Part shown: positions 26,636 to 39,790 of the stretch, in pieces
Layout of the letters: every line of letters begins with the position of its first letter
Position numbering within the stretch: position 1 is the stretch's first letter
NCBI RefSeq assembly: GCF_001194135.2
Contig: NC_068989.1
Span: forward strand, 5,299,159-5,363,098
Length of the DNA stretch: 63,940 nucleotides
From: Octopus bimaculoides
Lineage: Eukaryota
Direction of reading: 5' to 3'
Made by a program: the position numbers and the translations under genes
The notes under the pieces: model-generated
Database searches by the model: none
Told to the model about the DNA's origin: nothing
Seen by the model: only the letters and a program-made list of their open reading frames with translations

Positions 26636-28076
26636 CACCCTCGCTAGATGCTACTGTGGCGATTTTTTCTCTCCTTCCGATATTCATTGCGTTTTTAACA
26701 TAGAACGTCCATAGGAAATGTTAACTCAGAATGAATACCGTTGGAGCTGGTCTGTCCACGCTGTGTATATATTAAGTATGATATATAGATTACTGCTTTA
26801 AATGTCAGTTGTTCAAATTAAATGACACTTCGTATATGTTTTATAAATAGAGTGGGGGAAATATGAAATTGGTAGCGAGTGAATAAGGAGCATGGAAAAT
26901 GTGTCCCATGGAAAATATATCACACCCTGGTTAATTAGTTTAATTACATTAAGTGGGTATGAGAAAGTATAAATATTTATTTATTTATTTATATTATATT
27001 TGTATGCCTAACGAATTTTGATCTGAAATCATATAGTGGAACTAGTAGTAGTAGTAGTAGTAGTAACGATGATGGTGGTGGTGGTGGTGGTGGTGGTGTT
27101 GGTGTTGGTAGTCGTAGTAGTAGTTGTCGGTTAGCTCCGATATTATTTCTAGCGGATAGAGCGACCACATGGAGGCACCCATGTTGATGGTAGTGACAAC
27201 GATGCCGTTGAAGAGTTTAGAGGGAGGAGAAGGGTGAGAATTGGTGGGCTGAGAGTCAATGATGAATGTCACCAAATCTCTATTAAATGGGAAGGAATTT
27301 TTCTTAATGGCAGACGATTGGCATTTATTGGTATGACATTTCTGTTAATTCCATTAAAGCAACAACANNNNNNNNNNNNNNNNNNNNNNNNNNNNNNNNN
27401 NNNNNNNNNNNNNNNNNNNNNNNNNNNNNNNNNNNNNNNNNNNNNNNNNNNNNNNNNNNNNNNNNNNNNNNNNNNNNNNNNNNNNNNNNNNNNNNNNNNN
27501 NNNNNNNNNNNNNNNNNNNNNNNNNNNNNNNNNNNNNNNNNNNNNNNNNNNNNNNNNNNNNNNNNNNNNNNNNNNNNNNNNNNNNNNNNNNNNNNNNNNN
27601 NNNNNNNNNNNNNNNNNNNNNNNNNNNNNNNNNNNNNNNNNNNNNNNNNNNNNNNNNNNNNNNNNNNNNNNNNNNNNNNNNNNNNNNNNNNNNNNNNNNN
27701 NNNNNNNNNNNNNNNNNNNNNNNNNNNNNNNNNNNNNNNNNNNNNNNNNNNNNNNNNNNNNNNNNNNNNNNNNNNNNNNNNNNNNNNNNNNNNNNNNNNN
27801 NNNNNNNNNNNNNNNNNNNNNNNNNNNNNNNNNNNNNNNNNNNNNNNNNNNNNNNNNNNNNNNNNNNNNNNNNNNNNNNNNNNNNNNNNNNNNNNNNNNN
27901 NNNNNNNNNNNNNNNNNNNNNNNNNNNNNNNNNNNNNNNNNNNNNNNNNNNNNNNNNNNNNNNNNNNNNNNNNNNNNNNNNNNNNNNNNNNNNNNNNNNN
28001 NNNNNNNNNNNNNNNNNNNNNNNNNNNNNNNNNNNNNNNNNNNNNNNNNNNNNNNNNNNNNNNNNNNNNNNNNNNN

Positions 28077-28255
28077 TTTTTTTTCTCCGTGTTTTTCTCC
28101 TTGTCTCCGTATTCTTTCTGTTGAAGAGCGTAGCTCGAAACGTCAAAGACTTTCCGTATTCCCGAGCGTCATACTAATATATACTTTTGTTATTTACACC
28201 ACCTGTCCTCGTCTGTTGTTATTATTTGTATATTCTCCCATATATGTATGTATAT
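28077..28255 (+). mobile_element. Hammerhead-bearing short repeat ending in (TA)n, probable Penelope-like terminal-repeat remnant
   Basis: Near-identical inverted copy at 30490-30750; related copies at 29500-29640, 17150-17335 and a partial at 38400-38470. No RT or GIY-YIG ORF is seen. Confidence 0.55.
28113..28149 (+). ncRNA. Minimal type-I hammerhead-ribozyme-like motif (Penelope-like-element type)
   Basis: TCTTT-CTGTTGA-A-GAGC(gta)GCTC-GAAA-C-GTC-AAAGA: 5-bp stem I, 4-bp stem II, palindromic ACGT stem III, GUC triplet; core position A6 is U. Confidence 0.65.
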
Positions 28256-28445
28256 ACCCATCTACCTACTTATCTCTCTATCTCTGTAAACATATATACA
28301 TATACATATATATATGTATATACCCATCTACCTACCTATCTCTCTATCTCTATATACATATATACATATACACACACATATATATATACCCATCTACCTA
28401 CCTATCTCTCTATCTCTATGTACATACATACATACATACATATAT
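28254..28445. repeat. About 65-bp higher-order tandem repeat x3 built from microsatellite modules
   Basis: tatacccatctacctac(t/c)tatctctctatctct recurs near 28254, 28318 and 28384. Confidence 0.85.
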
Positions 28446-29579
28446 ATAAATATATATGTATATAACGGACGCTTCTACACAGTTTTCGTGTACTAAATTC
28501 TGTCGCAAGTCATTTGTCGGTCTGAGGCTATAGTAAAAGACACTTATACAATATGAGAATTTATTTTAGCGATCTCTGGAAATTGAAAGGAAAATGTGAC
28601 ATCGGTGAGATTTGAACTGCAAAGATAAAAATCTGCGACAAATACTGCATGACATTTTGTTTGACGCCCTGAACGAGTTTTCTAACCCTCCGCCCCCTTG
28701 ATAGTTATCTAAAAATAAATAATCTAAATTTGAAGCCTGAAACGAAATACCACGGTAACGAGGTTGTTGGCTGGCTGATTGGTCGGTTGGCTTGTTGCTC
28801 GGTTGATGGCCTTGTCGTCAGGTGGGTGGATTGATGTAGGCGTTGATCAGGAAATGTGATAGTCTTTGATGAATTAAATGGCAAATGACCTTGGAATTGT
28901 TCAACTGATGATAAAAATAAAATCTTTCCAAAATGTCATCATCAGAGTGGAACTAAAACTGGTTATTTTTCTTTTACACAACTGGATTATTCTTATCATT
29001 GTATCACTGTATCGGTGAGATTAGCGGATGTGGTTATACAATGCTCGTCACAATGCGCTTCCTCGCAACGTCGTAGCTTTCGAATGATGCCATCCCTGGT
29101 CGCTAGGCGGGCAGACAAACATTCCTCCTGAACGAAATGGCAGTCCATCGTGGGTTTATTCATTTAAGGCTGAGTGGACTGGATCAACGTAAAATGAAGT
29201 GTTTTGCCCAAGAACTCAACGCGCCGCCCGGTCTGGAAATCGAAACAACGATCACAAGATCGAGAGTAAAATACCCCTGCCCATAGGACACGCGCCTTCA
29301 CTGGGTTATACTCTTAGCCGAGAAAAAAGATCGATAAACAGATTGATTGGTAGGTAGATAGAACAGTAAAATATAACAACCAAGGATGATACACTTTCAT
29401 ATTTCTATCTATCTATCTATTTATCTATCTATTTATCTATCTATCTGTCTGTCTATTTGTCTACCTATTTGTCTGTCTGTCTTTCTACATAGTTGGAATT
29501 TATAGTAAAACAAAAGAAGAAGACAAGTGTATGAACAACAAACAGGTGTATTAGTTTGATGCTCGGGAAAATGAAAAAG

Positions 29580-29617
29580 CCTTTTATGTTTTGAGCCTAC
29601 GCTCTTCAACAGAAAGG
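29580..29617 (-). ncRNA. Decayed hammerhead-like motif
   Basis: CCTTT-CTGTTGA-A-GAGC(gtag)GCTC-AAAA-C-ATA-AAAGG; two CpG-type transitions break the core; stem I covaries with the other copies. Confidence 0.5.
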
Positions 29618-29669
29618 AGTAAGAGAAAATAAACATAGAGAGAACAAGAAAAACCTTGTAGATTAACGC

Positions 29670-29740
<71 letters not shown>

Positions 29741-30357
29741 GCTGAGTGCATAAGGATATGAACTCCTTACAAGTACTCTACAATAATCCAGGTTCTGACT
29801 AATTTAGGATATCACATCCTAAGATATCTATGCAGGAGAAACACGTGTCGTACAATCTTCTAAAAAGAATATATTATGTATGACTAATAATAATAATAAT
29901 AATAAACTTTGTGGATGTACAATTCATCGTCCCTATTTTATTAATTACAGAGAGAGAGAGAGAGAAAGAGAGAGAGAATGATGAATTCTTATAGCTAGTC
30001 TTTATTACTGAGACCTCTATAGAGATTTCGGAGTGTAAGTTAGAAAAAGTCCATGTTAAAAAATGCCAAAATTATCTGTAAGTTACTTTTTAATAATCTT
30101 ACTAAATTTCCCTTCTCTTCTTTAGAAAACTGTCTTATTAATTTCAACTAATTTTATTATTATCGTCTTCCATATTTTTCAAGGTTCTTTTTTCAAATAT
30201 TAACACTGCGTTCTTGAAGCGTTATGTCGAGGGATTATTTTTTAACATAGACTCCTTCTAGCTCGATGTTTTAAGTTGCGAAACAATTGTTGTTATATAA
30301 GAATTTCAAATGGCTAAATAAATTTCATCATACTATATTTCTCTCATTATTTATAAC

Positions 30358-30470
<113 letters not shown>

Positions 30471-30484
30471 CTATATAATTACAT

Positions 30485-30752
30485 ATATATATATGGGAGA
30501 ATATACAAATAATAACAACAGACGAGGACAGGTGGTGTAAATAACAAAAGTATATATTATATATATATGGGAGAATGTACGAAAAAAAACAAAACAACAA
30601 CAGACGAGGACAGGTGGTGTAAACAACAAAAGGATGTATTAGTATGACGCTCGGGAATACGGAAAGTCTTTAACGTTTCGAGCTACGCTCTTCAACAGAA
30701 AGAATACGGAGAAAACAAGGAGAAAAACACGGAGAAAAAAAACGGAGAAAAA
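30485..30752 (-). mobile_element. Hammerhead-bearing repeat with a partially duplicated 3' segment
   Basis: The segment atgggagaat..acaacagacgaggacaggtggtgtaaa..aacaaaag occurs twice in tandem (about 30492-30556 and 30567-30640). Confidence 0.55.
30667..30703 (-). ncRNA. Minimal hammerhead-like motif, same family
   Basis: TCTTT-CTGTTGA-A-GAGC(gta)GCTC-GAAA-C-GTT-AAAGA. Confidence 0.62.
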
Positions 30753-31677
30753 AATGAATAGTCACTGGTCAACGATCTATCATGGCTTCTGTGTGTATGT
30801 ATGTATTTATATATAAACCAGCCACCGGTGCTATGCGGATGCAGCTCACTAGAAACTTGTCTCCATTTCAGTGCTCATCCCAGATTTAATTATTTTAAGC
30901 ACATGACACTCTGTGAAGCTATTTCCTATCAAAGGTTGGGAAAGGAATTTTGTTCTCGGTTATCATTTTAACATCAACAACAATGACAACGACAACATCT
31001 ATAGGGACTCAGAAATCCTCGGAAGTTACAATTAACCATACCATTGAGTTATGTCTACTTATAGTACCACTACATATGCATCTGCTCGAGGTGCATGGCT
31101 CAGTGGTTAGAGCGGTCGGGCTCAAAATCAGGAAGTCGTGAGATCGTTTCCCACGACCGGGTTGCATGTTGTGTTCTTGAGCAAGACACTTTTTTTCACG
31201 TTGTTCCAGTCCACTAAGCTGTAGAAATGAGTTGCAACGTCACGGGTGCCAAGCTGTATCGGCCCCTTGGCCTTTCTTTTGGATAACATCGGTGGAGTGG
31301 AAAGGGGAAGCTGGTATGCATGGACGACTGCTGGGCTGCCACGAACAAAGTGCCTCAGAGGGGGAACTTTCTAGGTGCAATCCCATGGATTTTCACCCCC
31401 ATCACCTTGTTTTTTTTTTTTTTTACATATGGATCCAATAAAGAGACAGCTATGTGCTCACTTGACGACCTAGAAATAGTAGCCGAATCTCCCGAAATAT
31501 TTCCTTATCTATCGTATTAGAAAATATTAAGGGGATTCGATAAGGGTGTCACACAGTCATCATCATCATCAGCAGCAGCAACGGCTGGACATTACTATGT
31601 TGGGTCCTAGGACTCATAAAACCGGTTACCCGGTTTCCATACATACATACATACATACATATACATATATACATACA

Positions 31678-31833
<156 letters not shown>

Positions 31834-32257
31834 AGCGCAGGAGTGGTTGTGTGGTAAGTAATTTGCTTACCAGCCTCATAGTTCCGGGTTCAGTCCCAAG
31901 GTGCTACATGCTAGAACTAACAACCATTTAAAAAAAATAATAAGTGGAATAGAATAGCAGAACACAGGAATAGAAGAACAGGATTTAGTCGATTCACTTT
32001 CATTGACGCTGTCACACATCGAGAAGGTCTGAATGAACGCCATCATTTTCGTGGCACAAAATGATGCGGTGCCATATCCTGTGTGACATTTTACTAGGCT
32101 TACAAAGAATAAGTCTTGGGGTCGATTTGCTCGACTAAAGGCGGTACTCCAGCATGGCCGCAGTCAAATGACTGAAACAAGTAAACGAGTAAAGAGTATA
32201 TATATATATATATATATATATACGATGGGCTTCTTATTCTTGAAGTTTCCGTCTACC

Positions 32258-32290
<33 letters not shown>

Positions 32291-32798
32291 TGTATGTATG
32301 TATGTATGTATGTGTGTATGTATGTATGTATGTATGTATGTACAGCCTGTATCTATTTATAGTCGATGTCTATTTATAGTGTACATCATCAGTTTTGTGT
32401 CTAATAGAAAAACACCAATTACGGACACCCACGCACTCCTCAAACACCATTACCGCCCATACGAATTGTCTCTCTCTCTCTTTCTTACATACACCTGTGA
32501 ACACACACACACACACACACACACATATGCAGACCAGCGAAGAAGCCGCCAAGTGATTGTTTGATCTGCTAGAAATAGCATTTAAATTCGACTCCATACC
32601 ATATGTTAATAGCTAAAAGGAAGGACACATCGGTTAATGTAGTCCTAGATATACTATTCCTGGGGAAAAAGAAAACAGAACAGAAATAGAGCTGGTTACA
32701 TTCTGAGGCCCTTCGATCAATAGGTTTGATCGATTTACGCTCATGTAGGACTAAACAGTAACGCACGCGCGCGCGCACTCACACACACACACACAGGT

Positions 32799-32831
<33 letters not shown>

Positions 32832-34324
32832 CACACACACGAGTACAGTCACACCTGAATACAGAAAACACTCACACATACAGAGGGCTGCACAGACAGC
32901 GTCACACACACACACGCGAATACAGTCACACACTAATGCAGGTAGACGCATACACACTCACACATACGCACACCCATACACATATTCGCNNNNNNNNNNN
33001 NNNNNNNNNNNNNNNNNNNNNNNNNNNNNNNNNNNNNNNNNNNNNNNNNNNNNNNNNNNNNNNNNNNNNNNNNNNNNNNNNNNNNNNNNNNNNNNNNNNN
33101 NNNNNNNNNNNNNNNNNNNNNNNNNNNNNNNNNNNNNNNNNNNNNNNNNNNNNNNNNNNNNNNNNNNNNNNNNNNNNNNNNNNNNNNNNNNNNNNNNNNN
33201 NNNNNNNNNNNNNNNNNNNNNNNNNNNNNNNNNNNNNNNNNNNNNNNNNNNNNNNNNNNNNNNNNNNNNNNNNNNNNNNNNNNNNNNNNNNNNNNNNNNN
33301 NNNNNNNNNNNNNNNNNNNNNNNNNNNNNNNNNNNNNNNNNNNNNNNNNNNNNNNNNNNNNNNNNNNNNNNNNNNNNNNNNNNNNNNNNNNNNNNNNNNN
33401 NNNNNNNNNNNNNNNNNNNNNNNNNNNNNNNNNNNNNNNNNNNNNNNNNNNNNNNNNNNNNNNNNNNNNNNNNNNNNNNNNNNNNNNNNNNNNNNNNNNN
33501 NNNNNNNNNNNNNNNNNNNNNNNNNNNNNNNNNNNNNNNNNNNNNNNNNNNNNNNNNNNNNNNNNNNNNNNNNNNNNNNNNNNNNNNNNNNNNNNNNNNN
33601 NNNNNNNNNNNNNNNNNNNNNNNNNNNNNNNNNNNNNNNNNNNNNNNNNNNNNNNNNNNNNNNNNNNNNNNNNNNNNNNNNNNNNNNNNNNNNNNNNNNN
33701 NNNNNNNNNNNNNNNNNNNNNNNNNNNNNNNNNNNNNNNNNNNNNNNNNNNNNNNNNNNNNNNNNNNNNNNNNNNNNNNNNNNNNNNNNNNNNNNNNNNN
33801 NNNNNNNNNNNNNNNNNNNNNNNNNNNNNNNNNNNNNNNNNNNNNNNNTACTACTACTACTACTACTACTATACCCTATGCACCACGACCCCTAACGCCG
33901 CCATCACCAACGACCACACATCTCCCAATCGTCCATTCCTCTCCACCTGCTACGGTCAACACTAGTGTCCTTCCTTTCTTATCGAAAGCAACAGTTGCGG
34001 TTTACAGACTCTGGCTGCTCTTTCTAGCAAACAGGTCAAGCAGCACCATTATGAAAGGTATTACAGTACGGGCTGTCCCGTCTATTTTTGCTTTCAATGT
34101 ATATTTCAGACTACACTATCCAATACACCCTTCTTTTTTTTTTTTTGAAATATAATGCGTGAGATTTGAGAGAGTTTTAGCTATTATATCTAGCAGATGG
34201 GACATCTACACAGAGGACGTCGCGTCGTTGGCTCGTTGTATATTTGAATGTTTTCATATCACTTGTTATCATCCCTCACAGATCAACAGCTGTGCTTATT
34301 GATATCTGAACTAACCCTATTGAT

Positions 34325-35000
34325 TAATCGATTCCTTCCTTCCTTCATTTTCATTCATCGATTCATTGAGTTATTCATTCAATTAGTCAATCATTCTTTC
34401 ATCGTTTCATTTAATCGTTTGTTTGTTTATTCGTTCTCTCATTCATTCATTCATTCATTCATTCATTCAATCAGTCAGTCTTGCTTTCATTCGTTCATTC
34501 ATTCATTCATTTCATTCATTTAGTCAATCATTCATTCACTGTTTCATTCAGTCTTATTTTTCATTCATTCGTTCGTTCATTCATTCTTTCGTTCATTTAT
34601 TTACTCATTCATTTATTCATTCAGTCAGTCTCGTTTTTATTCATTCATTCATTCTGTCATTTATCTATTCACTCATTCATTCGGTCACTCAGGCGGTCAT
34701 TTTTTTTTATTTAATTCATTCATTCCTAGTCTGTCAGCTAGTCATTCGTATACTTATTCAATCAATCATTCCTTGTTTATTTATTTATTTATTTATTCGT
34801 TCATTCATTCATTCATTCTGTCAGTCAGTCAGTCATTCGTTCATTCACTCATTCATTTATTCAAGCATTTTTAACTCATTCAAACAGTCAATCACTCATT
34901 TCGTCTTTCATTCATTATTTCAGTCACTCATTTACTCGATTGCTTATTCATTCATTCATTCATTCATTCACTCATTCACTCATGCTTTTATTTATACGTT
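34325..35000. repeat. Long degenerate (TTCA)n / (TCAG)n array
   Basis: About 680 bp of imperfect ttca units. Confidence 0.9.
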
Positions 35001-35601
35001 TGTTTACTGAAATAGATACACTGATTTCTCAACAATATCGATTACACCATTTCGTTGATATTTAGGTAATCGATTGGAGTCGAATAGGAAACAAGCTAAT
35101 GACAACATCCCACCCCTACTCCACCACTACCTCTTCCTCTCTAACGAAGTATCTCAATCAGCAGTTCTCAACCGTGACTCCCAGAGCCGCATGTGGCCCT
35201 CAAGCATCTTTCCGGCGGCCCTCGACCGACTTCCCTTTATAAATATAATTTTTCTTTCACTGACTAGTATTTTACTTTTTTTGGTGTGTCCCCTAAGAAA
35301 ATACAGGTTTTAAAAAGGTTGAGAGTCACTGATCTATGTGGTTGCTCGATCTACTAGAAACAACAGCTAAAACTCTCTTTAACCACACTGCATTGTCATC
35401 AAAGAAGGAAGGACGTATTATATAATGTAGTCTGGGTTGGTCGTAGTTGAAGAGCCTTCGATCATAAGTCCGTTTTAACCAGGGTTGACCTTGGGCTGAA
35501 CAACAACAAAACAACATATATTATCAGTGACGTAGCTGGACTAGACTGTGTGCCGCCTAGGGCAGCCCTTGAATTTGCGGTCCCGGCCGCGAAATTTTTT
35601 T

Positions 35602-36098
35602 CCCACGAGAATTCCGGAACCCAGTAATGAATGAACTCATTTGCATACAGCCAGTCAGAGCTCGCCTTGACCTTGTTGTCAAGTTAACAAACACACTCTC
35701 CCAAGGAAACTCAACGGTGTTGTACGTCGACCGATCGCCAAGTTATGCCTGATTTTAGAAGGAGACAAGTAATTAGATAAATTTGTATCTACACCTGTTA
35801 TCGAATTTTGGTAGGGCCCCATGTGGTAAAGATGTGGATGGGAAAAATGTGGGTAGAGGGTGATGTGCTAGCAACCGTCTCCCCTTACTGTTTTACAACA
35901 ACACAAATGACTACGCAGAAGCATCCATGGTTGAAACAAGAACAAGAACAACAAACATTCTTAAAAGAGAAAAGAAGCATGGTCATTGCTTACCTTATCG
36001 CTCATCACTTGTTATGTACTCGTAAGTTAGTTTGATAACTGGGCTCTGATTGGCAGTATGCAAATGAGTTTATAACTGGGTTCTGGGACTCTCGCGGG
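35602..36098. repeat. Inverted repeat pair (about 60-bp arms, 35602-35663 and 36041-36098) each carrying an octamer ATTTGCAT
   Basis: Left arm cccacgagaattccggaacccag..aactcatttgcatacagccagtcagagctc; reverse complement of right arm cccgcgagagtcccagaacccag..aactcatttgcatactgccaatcagagccc. Confidence 0.8.
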
Positions 36099-36179
36099 GT
36101 TCTATACAGTAGACCCAACAGTGCCGTCCTCATAAAGGTATCGACCGGGACGAACCGCCCCTTACCTCTATTCCCAGAG

Positions 36180-36489
36180 AAGGCGTGTGACTAAGTGATT
36201 AAAAGGCTCACAATCATAGAATTGTGAGTTCAATTCCCAGCTACGTGTTGTGCCCTTGAGCAAGACAGTTTATTCCACGTTACTCCAGTCCAAACAGCTG
36301 ATAAAAATTAGTTGTACCTGTATTCCAAAGGGCCAGCCTCATCACATTGTGGGTCATGCTGAATCTTCTTGAGAACTACGTTAAGGTACTTGTGTCTATG
36401 GAGTACTCAACCACTTGGACGTTAATTTCATGAGCTGGCTGTTCCATTGATCAGATCAACAAGAGAACTCATCGTCGTAACCGACGGAG
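36180..36489 (+). mobile_element. SINE (head C2 + tail X)
   Basis: Head ..gttcaattccc..gtgttgtgcccttgagcaagaca.. as at 50921; tail ..gaactacgttaagg..gatcaac..ctcatcgtcgtaaccgacgg as at 41750. Confidence 0.7.
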
Positions 36490-36560
36490 GGCCAGTTACT
36501 CCTACCCTCACTCTAGCTACGCAATTGCATTGGACCACCACCACCACCACCACCACCACT

Positions 36561-36592
<32 letters not shown>

Positions 36593-36854
36593 CAACAACA
36601 ACGACAACATCCAAAGCAGCAATGAATAGATTACATCGAACCAGTGGCGTAGCTTGAGTGTGTACCATTCGAGGAAGCCCACAAGTCCCACCCTCGCCCC
36701 GAACCTATTACAGGCTTATAAAGCAAACCCGAAAGTGCCGCCCTTGTAAAAGTGTCGCAAATGGTCCTTTTAGGAAACGGGATGGAGGACTATCCCTCCC
36801 CACCTCTAGCTACACTACCTACCTACCTACCTACTTACCTACCTACCTACCTAC

Positions 36855-36917
<63 letters not shown>

Positions 36918-36998
36918 AATGTTTTAATTTTTTTAAAAGCAAAATATTGTTCGTCACTAGAAATAAGATAAGTCAATAGATGGCACTTTTATCTTGCA

Positions 36999-37036
36999 TT
37001 TCGATATTTCGGGGTTAAGACCTCTTCTTCAAGAAA
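36999..37036 (-). ncRNA. Divergent hammerhead-like motif
   Basis: TTTC-TTGAAGA-A-GAGG(tcttaa)CCCC-GAAA-T-ATC-GAAA; palindromic ATAT stem III, AUC triplet, C3 to U. Confidence 0.45.
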
Positions 37037-38325
37037 ACTATTAACCATTAATTTATCTTGTTTCTTATAACTCACATTGTTTTGGCTTTTCAAAAAAAAA
37101 ATTACAACCTGTTATCTATATCAGACAATATTTCATGCAAACTATACCACTCTAATATATATGTGCGCCTGTGTATGTATGTATGTATGTATGTATGTAT
37201 GTATGGGTGCATTCAAGTATGTATATATGCATATACATACATATATTACACAAACGCGCACGCACACACACATTTCGCTTAGACAATGTGAGACTAAAAA
37301 CCTGGTGTAGAACTCAATATTAGTATGTTTCAGAACAAAGTATTAGATGAGTATAGAACGGTAATGAGAAAAGGAAAGAGATAACACAGGAAAACGATGG
37401 TTATCTTATGAACTTCCTTAGCTTACTGCTGTTTCCACTATAAGATACAGTGAACTCTAATTTGAGTGCCTGAATGACATTGCTTCATCGGAGCCTCGAA
37501 TATGAAGTGCAATTTATTTGGGGATTAAAAAATTATCTACAGGGAAAGCGTTACCATTGAGAAAGTCATTGCTGATGTATATAAATAAAAGTGTGTCCCA
37601 AAGGGAATTTGATTTGCTAGGAGAAAAAGTAGAAAACATTTTTTTAAAAAATAAGCTATAGGATGTTATTCAGGCGTTCAACTAAGAATCCACCGCATTT
37701 CACTGTAGAAACAGCTGTAAGCTAATTTAGTTGATAACATTAGCATGTTTTTGCCGGTGTCATCTCTTTTTCCTACGCACTCACCCCCATCCCCCACACA
37801 CGCACTTAAAATATTTAGAATACTTAGAGAAGTTTCGGCTAGAACTGGCTCAGGCCATGGCTCACTTAGAAGCACCACCTGGAAAAGACACTTAATGATG
37901 TTTCATATTACAGTCATTCTTTGAGCACAATGGCTCTGTGTGTGTGTATGTATATATATATACATACACACATATATATATAATGATGTAAGAATAAATA
38001 GACATTTTTATTTTTCACACACGAGCAATGCCTAAACTACGTTAAGAGTACACGTGTCTGCGGAGTGCTCAGCCACTTGGACGTTAATTTAACGAGCCGG
38101 CTGTTCCGCTGATCGGATCAACTGGAACCCTCGTCGTCGTAACCACGTGTAATTATTTCTAAATCTCTCTAAAGGAGACTATGGCAACAGTACGTATGTT
38201 TCCAAGGAAAGCCGACAAGGAGTTATGCAAATTTAAATTATTACATATATGTTAGGCTCCCTTTTCTTTATGCACTTTTATTTTTTTATTTACAAAGTTT
38301 ATTATCTCTCTCTCTCTCTCTCTAC

Positions 38326-38364
<39 letters not shown>

Positions 38365-38657
38365 CACATACACATACATACATGTGTATGTGTGAAGTTG
38401 AAATTTACAGTAAAACAAAAGACAAGTGTATAAACAACAAGCAGATGTATTAGTTTGAAGCTCGGGAAGGTACCGCGGCCATGCTGGGGCACCGCCTTGA
38501 AGAATTCTTAGTTAGATGAATTGATCCTAGTACATATTTCTTTTAAAGGTTTGTACTTATTACATCAGTCACTTTTGCCGAACCGTTACGTTTCGGGTAT
38601 GTAAACACGTCAACGCCGGTTGTCAAGCGGTGGGGATAAACAAACATAAACACAAAG

Positions 38658-38708
<51 letters not shown>

Positions 38709-39534
38709 CATATAAAAAGTGGTGCTCTAGCATGGCCGCAGTCAAATGACTGAAATAAGTAAACGACTAACAGAATATAAATATAAATGTAAATTTAAAT
38801 GTGTGTGTGTATAGATATGTGTGTATGTGGGTATGTGTATATATATATATATATATGTATGTGTGTAACGATCGGTATGTATATATGTGTGTGTATGTGT
38901 GCGCGTTCTGTGTGTGAAAGGTCTTAAACATACACTCACACAGGCACACATTTCCATATATGGACAACATCTTTATTCTGATACTCGACGCATAGAGCAA
39001 TTGGAAGTTGAATTATATACGAGGAGTCGCTTCCTAGAGCCTTTTGTCGTTGCCACTCGTCCCGGTTTCATCCGACCTTTGACCCCAGTTAACCAGATAA
39101 AAACCAGGACGAGTAAAGGGTGAGGTTAGAATGGAATGGTTGTTTACTGTTGTCCCTTTGTGCTTGTCCACGTCATTCCAGATGACTTCCTTCTCCACTA
39201 ACGAAACTCCCGGACTCTTTGAACCTCTGTCATTTCCTCTCAAATTGTCCACCGAAAACGAGTTTTTTTTTTAAAGTTGCTTAAGTGGATAGTTTATACA
39301 AAACACATACACACACGCGCACGCACACACAACACACGCGTGTGTGTATATATATATATATATGTATAAAAATACATACATACATATATATGTGTGTATA
39401 TATAGAGATAAAGATAAGAATGTCACCTTTGTTGTTGTTGTTGTTCTTCACTCATATTTCTGCATTCCAATCGTCAAAATTCAAATGCACACACACACAC
39501 ACACACATACATACATACATATATATATATATAT

Positions 39535-39790
39535 AGGCGCACGAGTGGTAAGTAGCTTGCTTACCAACCACATGGTTCCGAGTTCAGTCCCATCTTGGGC
39601 AAGTGTCTTCTACTATAGCCTCGGGCCGACCAAAGCCTTGTGAGTGGATTTGACGGAAACTGAAAGAAGCCCGTCGTATATATGTGTAAGTATGTGTGTG
39701 TGTGTTTGTATATAATGTGTATGTATGTTTCTGTGTTTGTCCCCCTAGCATTACTTGACAACTGATGCTGGTGTGTTTATACATATTTGC
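39535..39790 (+). mobile_element. SINE family A, 3'-truncated
   Basis: Same head and body as 60436. Confidence 0.75.
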
